Source: an uncultured Bacteroidales bacterium
GTDB lineage: Bacteria; Bacteroidota; Bacteroidia; Bacteroidales; GCA-2748055
DNA length: 64,000 bases
Assembly: GCA_963809925.1 (NCBI GenBank)
Contig: CAWELH010000007.1
Location: forward strand, 6,133 to 70,132
Reading direction: 5' to 3'
Positions 19,953 through 28,556 of this stretch are shown here, piece by piece. Below the pieces are notes generated by a model. That model made no database searches, was not told where the DNA came from, and saw only the letters and a program-made list of their open reading frames with translations. A program made the position numbers and the translations under genes. Within the stretch, counting starts at the first letter, position 1; every line of letters starts with the position of its first letter.

Positions 19953-20999
19953 ATGTGCGTCATGGTAAGAAACATTCTGGTGATTTTACTGCTTCTGAAT
20001 TTTCATTCCGGTTCATCTCAGGAACCGCATCTTCAAAATTTACGACAATTGACTTTCGGCGGCGACAATGCCGAGGCTTATTTCAGCTTTGACGGAAAGC
20101 ATCTTTCATTTCAGAGCAACAATCCTTCCTGGGGCCTTAAATGCGATCAGATCTTCAGTTTGGATATTGAGGCAACGCTGCGCGATTCAAAAATAAAGCC
20201 CCGGCTCATCAGCACCGGAAAAGGACGGACTACCTGCAGTTATTACATGCCTGGTGACAGGCAGATACTTTATGCATCAACGCATGAAAGCGGGGAGGAA
20301 TGTCCCTATGTCCCAAAAATAGAAGGCAAATACCTATGGCCTGTATACAGCACCTACGATATCTATGTAGCAGACTTATCGGGAAAAATTATTAAAAAAC
20401 TGACCGACACACCAGGGTACGATGCCGAAGCAACCATTTCCCCGCAAGGGGATAAAATCGTTTTCACCAGTACAAGGAGTGGTGATCTGGAACTCTGGAC
20501 TATGGATATTGACGGAAGCCATCAGAAACAAATTACCTCCGGATTGGGATATGACGGAGGCGCCTTCTTTTCGCCCGATGGCAAAAAAATAGTCTTCAGA
20601 GCCTCGCGACCAAAAACTCCGGAAGATATTGCAGAGTATAAAAAGTTCCTTTCCCAAGGCCTTGTAGCGCCTGTCAACATGGAAATATATATTTGCAATG
20701 CTGATGGCAGCGATCTGAAACAGGTAACTCATCTGGGAAAGGCGAACTGGGCTCCTTTTTTCGATCCTTCCGGTAAGAAGATCATCTTTTCAAGCAATTA
20801 TTTTTCTGACCGTGGATACGATTTCCAGTTATTCATGATCAACCTTGACGGAAGCAGCCTGGAACAAATTACCACGGAAAGCAACTTTAACGCCTTCCCG
20901 ATGTTTTCTCCGGATGGTAAAAAGCTCGTCTTTTCTTCCAACAGGAATAACGGTGGTACGCATGATACCAATGTTTTCATCGCAGACTGGAAGGAATGA
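19953..20999 (+). CDS. TolB-like PD40/WD40-like beta-propeller protein
   Basis: Signal peptide. Repeated PD40 motifs: ISPQGDKIVFTS, FSPDGKKIVFRA, FDPSGKKIIFSS and FSPDGKKLVFSSNR. Confidence 0.7.
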   Translation: MCVMVRNILVILLLLNFHSGSSQEPHLQNLRQLTFGGDNAEAYFSFDGKHLSFQSNNPSWGLKCDQIFSLDIEATLRDSKIKPRLISTGKGRTTCSYYMPGDRQILYASTHESGEECPYVPKIEGKYLWPVYSTYDIYVADLSGKIIKKLTDTPGYDAEATISPQGDKIVFTSTRSGDLELWTMDIDGSHQKQITSGLGYDGGAFFSPDGKKIVFRASRPKTPEDIAEYKKFLSQGLVAPVNMEIYICNADGSDLKQVTHLGKANWAPFFDPSGKKIIFSSNYFSDRGYDFQLFMINLDGSSLEQITTESNFNAFPMFSPDGKKLVFSSNRNNGGTHDTNVFIADWKE

Positions 21000-21320
21000 T
21001 CCCTGAATAGAAAACATCCTCCGAAATCCAAATCCTTTCCGCGCATTCAATATATCCGATATCTTCGCGATACCTTTCCTGTGCGTTTTTGCAATCAGGA
21101 CTGGTCCACGAGTGCCTGATTTAATTTTCATCCCGAATACTCCGTTCAGCCGAAACTTATTATTTTTTCATAACATTGTGAAGACTTCTGACTCCCGTTT
21201 TCTTATTTTTGGAAGGCAGGGATACAACTATCACCTTAGATTGTGGAAAAATGGGATCATCATCCATTTAGGTTAAATTTACCGGCCTTGTGGGTGATTG
21301 AGCAAAATATCTCGAGGAAT

Positions 21321-22559
21321 ATGCGTAAAACAATAGGTAAAAAGGCACTGATTGCGATAAGTGCTATCGGCCCGGGTTTGTTCCTGATCGGCTACAATAT
21401 TGGAACCGGGAGTGTAACCACCATGGCAAAGACAGGAGCAGAGTATGGCATGAGTCTATTTTGGGCGCTGGTCCTCTCCTGTGTTTTCACGTTCATTCTG
21501 ATGGTCGCATATGGAAAGGTTACCCTGGTTACCGGCAAAACAGCGCTCTTTAATATTAAAACAGAATTTAAACAAGGTTGGATCCTTGCGCTTTACATCC
21601 TGATCACGTTGATCCTGGGAGAATTACTTTCCCTGATCGGTGTCATGGGTATTGTTGCTGATCTTGTACAGGAAGGGATCCGGCTGCTAACCCACGGTTA
21701 CATTTTAAAAACCGGTTGGATTATCCTGTTCTTTGTAGTATGTCTGTATATTTTATTGTGGTATGGACAATATAAGTCATTTGAAAAGGTGCTGACCATC
21801 TTTGTTATTATGATGGGGCTGGCCTTTCTGGTGGTTTTTATAATGGTAAGACCGTCGTTTTCCTCCATCCTTGCGGGTATGATTCCGGGCATTCCGCATA
21901 CAAAAGGTGCCTTGGGACTGATCGCTGCCATTGCCGGCACCACCTGTTCAGCGGCAGTATTCATAATGAGGAGCACCGTCGTGGCCGAGAAGGGTTGGGG
22001 GTTATCGGATCTGGGAAAGGAGAAGAAGGATGCGTTTGTCTCTGCCTTTGTGATGCTTTTCCTTAGCGCTGTTATCATGGCAGTATCGGCCGGCACGCTC
22101 CATGTTATGGGACTAAAGCTCGACAACACCGTTGAGATGATCAGCCTCTTCGAGCCAATTGGCGGTAAACTCGCTGCATTCATCCTGATCATCGGCATTG
22201 TCGGAGCTGGTTTATCCACGATATTCCCAATCGTCCTTATTGCACCCTGGCTAATTTCAGATTTTACAGGACGGCCCAGGAACATCCATTCGCCTTTATC
22301 ACGTATCCTGATTATGTTAGCCCTCCTTTTTGCATTCGGTTCGGTATTTCTAGAGCAGCGACCCCCTGCCCTGATGGTCTTTTCACAGGCAGCCCAGGCA
22401 TGCATCCTTCCGGCTGTTTCCATCCCTATTCTTATTCTGATTAACCGGACGTCGACCATGAACAGCTATAAGGCAACCTTCCGTGAAAGTATCGGTATCC
22501 TTGCGGTTATCCTGTATTCGCTACTCACTTCCTATTTTGCTATCGCTGAATTACTTTAG
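21321..22559 (+). CDS. Nramp-family transporter-like membrane protein (non-canonical metal-site motifs)
   Basis: The polytopic protein aligns by eye with MntH (GPGLFLIGYNIGTGSVTT...EYGMSLFW against GPAFIAAIGYIDPGNFAT...FGYQLLW). Likely start ATG 21321; the longer ORF begins with GTG at 21243. Confidence 0.65.
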   Translation: MRKTIGKKALIAISAIGPGLFLIGYNIGTGSVTTMAKTGAEYGMSLFWALVLSCVFTFILMVAYGKVTLVTGKTALFNIKTEFKQGWILALYILITLILGELLSLIGVMGIVADLVQEGIRLLTHGYILKTGWIILFFVVCLYILLWYGQYKSFEKVLTIFVIMMGLAFLVVFIMVRPSFSSILAGMIPGIPHTKGALGLIAAIAGTTCSAAVFIMRSTVVAEKGWGLSDLGKEKKDAFVSAFVMLFLSAVIMAVSAGTLHVMGLKLDNTVEMISLFEPIGGKLAAFILIIGIVGAGLSTIFPIVLIAPWLISDFTGRPRNIHSPLSRILIMLALLFAFGSVFLEQRPPALMVFSQAAQACILPAVSIPILILINRTSTMNSYKATFRESIGILAVILYSLLTSYFAIAELL

Positions 22560-22907
22560 GAATACTGCATTGCTCATCGGGCGATCATCCTTTATAATCC
22601 TATCTGTCTCTTCATCCAACATTCCGGAAAACGGAATGGGTATCAGGTTTCAGGATGCCGTTGTTCAGGAGAACATATTAAACGGTAACATACTGTAACT
22701 GTAACGAATCAAAAACCTCCAGCAATATGGAAGTGAGAGAAAAGCCATGGCAATTCTTCAGTTTGGTAATAAATGCTGAAGAGCATGAGTCGGATACGCT
22801 GAGATTTGTTCTTCCGGAGCATTAAGGGCGGTGGGTGGGGGGTGGGATCCCCTACATATATGTATATAAGAACGATATTGTAAGGGCACAATCTAAAACC
22901 AGTGTCG

Positions 22908-23085
22908 AAATAATCATGCGATAGAAAAAAATACGTCTGGTCCCTGAGCTTACCGAAGTCGGTCCCTGAGCTTGCCGAAGGGGTTCCAAATAATCATGCG
23001 ATAGAGAAAAATACGTCCGGTCCCTGAGCTTGCCGAAGGGGGTCCCTGAACTTGCCGAAGTCGGTCCCTGAGCCTGCCGAAGGGG
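22908..23085. repeat. REP-like intergenic repeat cluster (GGTCCCTGAGCTTGCCGAAG units)
   Basis: Five about 20-bp units at 22939, 22961, 23019, 23041 and 23063. They are embedded in a duplicated leader AAATAATCATGCGATAGARAAAAATACGTC at 22908 and 22988. Confidence 0.9.
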
Positions 23086-23121
23086 GCGATACGCCTCCAC
23101 TGAAGATACGGGAGCCTACCA

Positions 23122-23211
23122 ACCATCCTGGCCATTCAAACCACCCTAACCACACGGTCCATCCTAACCATACAGACCATCCGAACTATCCAGACCATCC
23201 TAACTATCCAG
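23122..23211. repeat. 18-bp imperfect tandem repeat (ACCATCCTAACYATMCAG-like), 5 units
   Basis: Units read directly at 23122, 23140, 23158, 23176 and 23194. Confidence 0.85.
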
Positions 23212-23548
23212 ATTAAACGTAGCATACAAATTATCTGTAATACAAAACAAACATAATCGCTCTTGAACATCAAATGTCTTTCTTTCTTAAAACTACCAAC
23301 CAATGCCCTGAAATCTTCTCCCCTTCTGGTACAATACAGGATGCAGTCTCTCCCACATCATTCTCCAAACCTTCCCGGCACCTCCCCCTCTCAAATCCTA
23401 AACTAACAATCCTCTCGCCGAATTCCTGAAAATTCATTTGCTCTCCATTTCTTAAGGAAATGCAACCGATTAACTTTGCAATTAGTTTAATACTTCCCGA
23501 AAAATGCGTTAAATTTGTTATTGAAAAGGAAACGAAATATTATTTGTT

Positions 23549-25126
23549 ATGAACCTTATCTTAAGAACAGGTAAATTTTTCACGTTTTACCTGCTCCTCT
23601 CCACTGTTCTTTTGTCGGGATGTTCGAAGAATCAGGGGAAGAATGCGATGATGATCGGTTTTGGCAAAGCCAACCTTTCCCCCGCAGGGATATATGAGGA
23701 TCCGGCAAGTGCCGATAATACACTTGTTGCCGGGGAGAAATATAAACGTGAGGAAAAATTTGCCATCTCCGACAGGGTGGCAGGAAGGTGGCGTCCGGGT
23801 TCAGGAATCACACGCAAAATTGTTGATTCGATTTTCGTCTCGGCCATGTACGGTGAGGACGAAAATGGCCCCTGGGCCATCGTGACACTGGATGCAACAG
23901 ACCTGTTCTTCGAAGATATAGATCTCGTGGAATCCCCGCTTACTAGTAAACTCGGCATCCCAAAGGAACGTATCGTCATCCTGCCTTCACATAGCCATGC
24001 AACACCACCACTCGAACCGGAAAAATTTCAGGAAGTGGTCCTCGATGCAGTAAGTCAGGCAAAAGCTAACCGGTCAGAAGTGGAGGTCGCTGCCCTTAGT
24101 CTGAAGCTGGATGGAAAAAAATATGTAATGAACCGGAGAGTATTCGTTGAAGGCATCGGCTCAAGAACAGTAATGTTTAACGACGGATGTGTGATCCATG
24201 ATAACTATGCCGATGTAACGGAACATATCCATGACTGGGTGAAGAATCTTGGGGTTGATCCTGAGAAATTCCTTGAAGCCGGTAAAGAATATGACACCAA
24301 CGGAGATGTCGACAATAACCTTCAAGCCTTATTTATACGTGATAAAAAAACCGGGGAGATAAAAGGCAGCTTCCTGCGTTTTGCTGCTCATGCCGTTATA
24401 GTTTCAGCTAAAGTTGTAAACGGAGATGTGTCAGCCGACTGGCCAGGCTATATGAAACGAAAAATAGAAACCAGCCTTGGAGGTATTGCACTCTTTGGTC
24501 AGGGGCCATGCGGCGATCTCCGGCCACTTAATAAGGAATACTCCCATGCATTTGCACGGCAATATGGCGAAACCCTCGCCGGGCTCCTTATTGCAAAATT
24601 CAACAATCTGACCTGGGAATCACTTAGTGAATTGGGGTTCTATACCCAGCCCGTGGAATTGTCTCTCCTCGGGAACATCTTTTATTCTAAAGATGAACTG
24701 AAGACTGAAATGGATAAAGTGGAAGACCTGTACGACAAGGAAAAAGACCCGATGAAGAAAAGAGAGCTTCAAAATAAATTCTGGGGTCTGTACCGGATAC
24801 CTACGGTAAATAAAATTGTCCGGCCGGAATGGAAGGATAAGAAGGAAGTGCCTGCCCATGTCTACGGACTCCGCTTTAATGATCACGTGATCGTAGCCAT
24901 ACAGGGTGAGATATTTACGGAAATCGGGAAGGAAATGGTTGAACCCTACGATGAAAAAAAACCCATTCTTGTCAGCATTGCCAATGAATACATTTCGTAC
25001 ATCCCTACCGATAAACAGAGACTTACCGGTGGATATGAGCCCAGCGTTTCCATCGTACAGCCCGGAAGCCCTGCAAAACTTATTCAGGCGGTTCACCAAC
25101 TTTTAGACAGAATCTATGAAAATTAG
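23549..25126 (+). CDS. lipoprotein, neutral/alkaline ceramidase N-terminal domain-like hydrolase (tentative)
   Basis: Lipobox LLSGCS. MIGFGKANLSPAG and LPSHSHATP resemble the N-terminal and HxH zinc motifs of non-lysosomal ceramidase-like proteins. Confidence 0.4.
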   Translation: MNLILRTGKFFTFYLLLSTVLLSGCSKNQGKNAMMIGFGKANLSPAGIYEDPASADNTLVAGEKYKREEKFAISDRVAGRWRPGSGITRKIVDSIFVSAMYGEDENGPWAIVTLDATDLFFEDIDLVESPLTSKLGIPKERIVILPSHSHATPPLEPEKFQEVVLDAVSQAKANRSEVEVAALSLKLDGKKYVMNRRVFVEGIGSRTVMFNDGCVIHDNYADVTEHIHDWVKNLGVDPEKFLEAGKEYDTNGDVDNNLQALFIRDKKTGEIKGSFLRFAAHAVIVSAKVVNGDVSADWPGYMKRKIETSLGGIALFGQGPCGDLRPLNKEYSHAFARQYGETLAGLLIAKFNNLTWESLSELGFYTQPVELSLLGNIFYSKDELKTEMDKVEDLYDKEKDPMKKRELQNKFWGLYRIPTVNKIVRPEWKDKKEVPAHVYGLRFNDHVIVAIQGEIFTEIGKEMVEPYDEKKPILVSIANEYISYIPTDKQRLTGGYEPSVSIVQPGSPAKLIQAVHQLLDRIYEN

Positions 25127-25874
25127 CAAAGAATATTGTGGTATCCTTGACCCCGAATGCGTTGGCGGTGGTATCATCAAAAAATCCATCCTGGCATGCG
25201 AAATCGATGGCATCCAAACCACATACATCCAGCTTCCGGAAGAGAGCAGCCTGATTCTGCATCCTGAACCGGGCACCATCAGCGTATTTCTGATGCTCAT
25301 CGGAAAAGGAAATATCCGCCATAACAATTTGTCATTCGCGATTGATGAAGTCTCACTATTTGCACCGGTTACCGGAACAGACATTACTATTCTTTCAGGA
25401 AGAGGACTTCTGGGATTGCTGGAAATCAGAATCACGCTGACAGAGAGTGACATACGGGCAATTTTGGAAAAGAAAGACCTGTTCCCGTATTTCATGCCCT
25501 ATTCAAAATGCCGGAAATACAGGGAATCCATAAAGAGCGAGAAGACAATCAGCCGAATGATCCTTCCGGAAAACATCGTTCCGAGGTTTTGTGTGGGTTC
25601 GGTGGAAACCACCGGCCCTGATAATGTAAGTACCCACTCCCACCCCATGCTTGAACAATTCTTTTTCGGATTGCCGGGAAACCAATGCACAGTTCATGCC
25701 GATGGCGAGGATTCACAGTTTGTAGGAAATTTTCTTCTTCACATCCCTTTGGGTTCGGAGCATGCTGTAAGTGTTGAAACAGGGAACCAACTCCACTATA
25801 TATGGATGGACTTGTTCCGATCACTCGAAGACATGGAATATATGCAGACCACTCATATTATGGAAGATCAATAA
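25116..25874 (+). CDS. cupin domain protein
   Basis: STHSHPMLEQFFFGLPG and LLHIPLGSEHAV fit the two cupin motifs. The start overlaps the upstream stop by 11 nt. Confidence 0.55.
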   Translation: MKISKEYCGILDPECVGGGIIKKSILACEIDGIQTTYIQLPEESSLILHPEPGTISVFLMLIGKGNIRHNNLSFAIDEVSLFAPVTGTDITILSGRGLLGLLEIRITLTESDIRAILEKKDLFPYFMPYSKCRKYRESIKSEKTISRMILPENIVPRFCVGSVETTGPDNVSTHSHPMLEQFFFGLPGNQCTVHADGEDSQFVGNFLLHIPLGSEHAVSVETGNQLHYIWMDLFRSLEDMEYMQTTHIMEDQ

Positions 25875-25900
25875 ACATGTCTTTGTAACAGGCGCAACGA

Positions 25901-28471
25901 CTAATACCGTATCGTAATATTATTCACACCTGTGTTTTTTACAGAAAAGACAGCATATCTTGAATCTTCAACGCTTTTTAACTGAAATTCAATCACTTTC
26001 TTATTACAAACAATTTCTTTTACCATTTTATCATGCGGTAGTAATACCTCCACATCCGTATCAACAGAAGTCCCGGTAAACAGAAGATTTAGCACATCAG
26101 CACCGGCGTCAAAGCGGTAGGAGATATACCCTCCGGATGCCTCATATTTAATAGTCACATCCGCTTTTTGGACACCAGCTGCCTCCCATCTGGGGACCAG
26201 CAGTGCTTTGTTGTAAGCCCTCCCCTGGTCCTTAACCCCGGCAAGCCCTTCAACCAGGGAGTAAGTTATGGCTGCTGCGGCCCAATTATCGGGTGCACCG
26301 TACGATACCTTCGAAGGGATGAAAAATACTGGCTTATCGCTAAGTGTCATGCCGAGCACCATCCACTTTACGTGTGTATCGGAGCCTCTGCATTCAATCG
26401 AATCGATTGTCTTTTCCGGAAACGGATTTTCAATACCTGTCACATAGACACCAATATCGGCCACAACTGAATTGCTACCTGTCCATGCAACCTCGAACAG
26501 ATTTACCGACTTGTACTGTGGCCATTCGTACTTCCTGTGGGTTCTGGGGAAGTGATAATACCCCACCTGATCGTTGGTAAGGGGTTTTGTGTATGAGCTG
26601 CCATCACTGTAATGAAACACAACACTACCGGCATAATACTTCCCGTTGGGTTCAGGGGAATGGCTGATGGTAAAGGCAGGATCATGAACGGCATGCAGTA
26701 GGTACAGTGAAGCAGACTTCCGATTAACGGGGACGCTGACGTCCGACAGGTACCCCGGGTCGCCGGACAAACCTATACATGACTTGCCTTTATTTTGTCC
26801 CGAATCAATTACCATAAAAGGGATGCCACTGAATATCTGATCTCCCGTCGGGAAGGCGGAAAGATCATCGGCTCCCTCATTTATCCAGCCGGGAAACTCC
26901 GGATTATTATTGCTACTAAGGCCGGCATTGCAAGCATCTGCAATCGTAATTGAAGTGAAATTTCTCTCCGGCACCTCAGGCATGGCCCCACGGTAGACAC
27001 ATTTAATGCTGTACCCTGAATTCACTGCCAGCTCATGGATCCTGCGAAGGATATCCACCGCGTAATCCTCATATCCGTTCTCAAAAGCACCATGCGACAG
27101 TTCTCCGGCTACGATCGGCGATACGCCCCCGTTCATATATTCCCATTTATCCATATGCCATCCCTTTTCATAAGGAGGGTAACACAGATACCACTCACCA
27201 GGCGACGATTTGGGCATTTCTTTCCTGATCTGCTGGTAAGTTTGGATGATCTTCACACATTTTTCATGCGAAATACCCTTATTCATAACATATGCATTGG
27301 AGAGGGTAACCTGTTCCGATTCATCGGTTCCTCCAAAATCATTCTTAAAAAGATTTTCTACCGGGATCCAATGATTATAATAGTTTCCCTTCCAGCACAA
27401 AGCATCTGTTCTCATTCTCAATGCATCGCCGGTTTGTTTGATTTTCCCGGCTTCATCTGCACGACCTGCATACCTGAGCATCTCGCTCAGATAATCGCAG
27501 CCCACAGCCAGCCCTATATTATCGGCGTATAAGATCCCGAACTGACTCTTGTCAGGGTATGTCATGACTATTCTGTATTCCCCGAACCGGTATGCTTCAT
27601 CGTCGGGCAGAAAATCCCAGATATCGATACTATGTCCACGCTTAAGAAGTTGGTATTCTTCCGACCACCTCATTTTATCCGAAGTGCAATAGCTGATAAT
27701 CTTTAATGCATTATCGAGGTGGCTTTTCATCCACTTATCATCCCCCGTTGCCTTCCATACGTAATACAAACCTTCAATAAAATGAAATTCACTCATATTT
27801 TCGATGGGTGCACGAATAAAAAATCCGTTGGAAGGAATTTTGCCTACCGGAAGGTTCAGGTATTCCTTACCGTAGCGCTGGGTATAATGCTTGATGTTCC
27901 CTGTATTCTGATGATAAAAATCATACATCATTCCGTCATCGGCCTGACTGTCTGCATAGAAATCCATGCCTGACTCAAGATCGGCATAAAAGTATTTCAT
28001 ACCCTTTGTAGTATGAACATGATCCTGAAGCCAGCCTGCAAATGTGTTATAGACTTTACCATCGAAGCGGTTATAATCCGTACCTGAATGAACCATTGTC
28101 CAGTATGCGATATCCAGCAATTCACCAAACTCACCATTTTCGTCTTCAATTGTGGTTTTGCAATCGACCCGGAAACTCTCTGTTTCCAGAAGCTTCCCTG
28201 AGCGGTCGAGATGAAATACCGTTTGGGTTCCGAGTGCTCCGCCAATCTGGAATTTTGTAGCTCCGGACACCATTGTCCGGAAATATTCATGGCCATTTCC
28301 ATCCTGAACGAAGACTGTACCACGTTTTAAAGGCACAAGCTCAACCCATTCCAGCGGTTTATATTGTTCCTGCCGATGATTGATCAGTGTTTGCCCTTTG
28401 GCAGAGATTGCGAATGCCATCAGTATGATGATTACTGCCTGGCTCTTAAGAGTGAAGAATAAGGTTTTCAT
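25901..28471 (-). CDS. secreted hypothetical protein, possible (alpha/alpha)6 six-hairpin glycosidase/lyase-like enzyme
   Basis: Signal peptide. The central region (YADNIGLAVGCDYLSEMLRYAGRADEAGKIKQTGDALRMRTDALCW...MNGGVSPIVAGELSHGAFENGYEDYAVDILRRI) has the helical-repeat character of six-hairpin enzymes. No family signature recognised. Confidence 0.4.
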   Translation of the reverse strand: MKTLFFTLKSQAVIIILMAFAISAKGQTLINHRQEQYKPLEWVELVPLKRGTVFVQDGNGHEYFRTMVSGATKFQIGGALGTQTVFHLDRSGKLLETESFRVDCKTTIEDENGEFGELLDIAYWTMVHSGTDYNRFDGKVYNTFAGWLQDHVHTTKGMKYFYADLESGMDFYADSQADDGMMYDFYHQNTGNIKHYTQRYGKEYLNLPVGKIPSNGFFIRAPIENMSEFHFIEGLYYVWKATGDDKWMKSHLDNALKIISYCTSDKMRWSEEYQLLKRGHSIDIWDFLPDDEAYRFGEYRIVMTYPDKSQFGILYADNIGLAVGCDYLSEMLRYAGRADEAGKIKQTGDALRMRTDALCWKGNYYNHWIPVENLFKNDFGGTDESEQVTLSNAYVMNKGISHEKCVKIIQTYQQIRKEMPKSSPGEWYLCYPPYEKGWHMDKWEYMNGGVSPIVAGELSHGAFENGYEDYAVDILRRIHELAVNSGYSIKCVYRGAMPEVPERNFTSITIADACNAGLSSNNNPEFPGWINEGADDLSAFPTGDQIFSGIPFMVIDSGQNKGKSCIGLSGDPGYLSDVSVPVNRKSASLYLLHAVHDPAFTISHSPEPNGKYYAGSVVFHYSDGSSYTKPLTNDQVGYYHFPRTHRKYEWPQYKSVNLFEVAWTGSNSVVADIGVYVTGIENPFPEKTIDSIECRGSDTHVKWMVLGMTLSDKPVFFIPSKVSYGAPDNWAAAAITYSLVEGLAGVKDQGRAYNKALLVPRWEAAGVQKADVTIKYEASGGYISYRFDAGADVLNLLFTGTSVDTDVEVLLPHDKMVKEIVCNKKVIEFQLKSVEDSRYAVFSVKNTGVNNITIRY

Positions 28472-28556
28472 GTTGACCGGTATTACATATTTAACTTCAT
28501 GGTCAATAAAGCATGGTTTGCTTTATATTCCGGCGGGAGTATTGTTCTGAAGCGGA

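Noticed and set aside
21093-21122. AATCAGG-N15-CCTGATT hairpin upstream of the Nramp-like gene as a riboswitch or terminator
   Set aside because: It does not match the metal riboswitch consensus I know (yybP-ykoY-type). The short stem and large loop make a terminator call unsafe.
22852-23135. 82-aa and 61-aa ORFs containing LRQAQGP / FGKLRDR repeats
   Set aside because: They are translations of the REP-like GGTCCCTGAGCTTGCCGAAG units and not genes.
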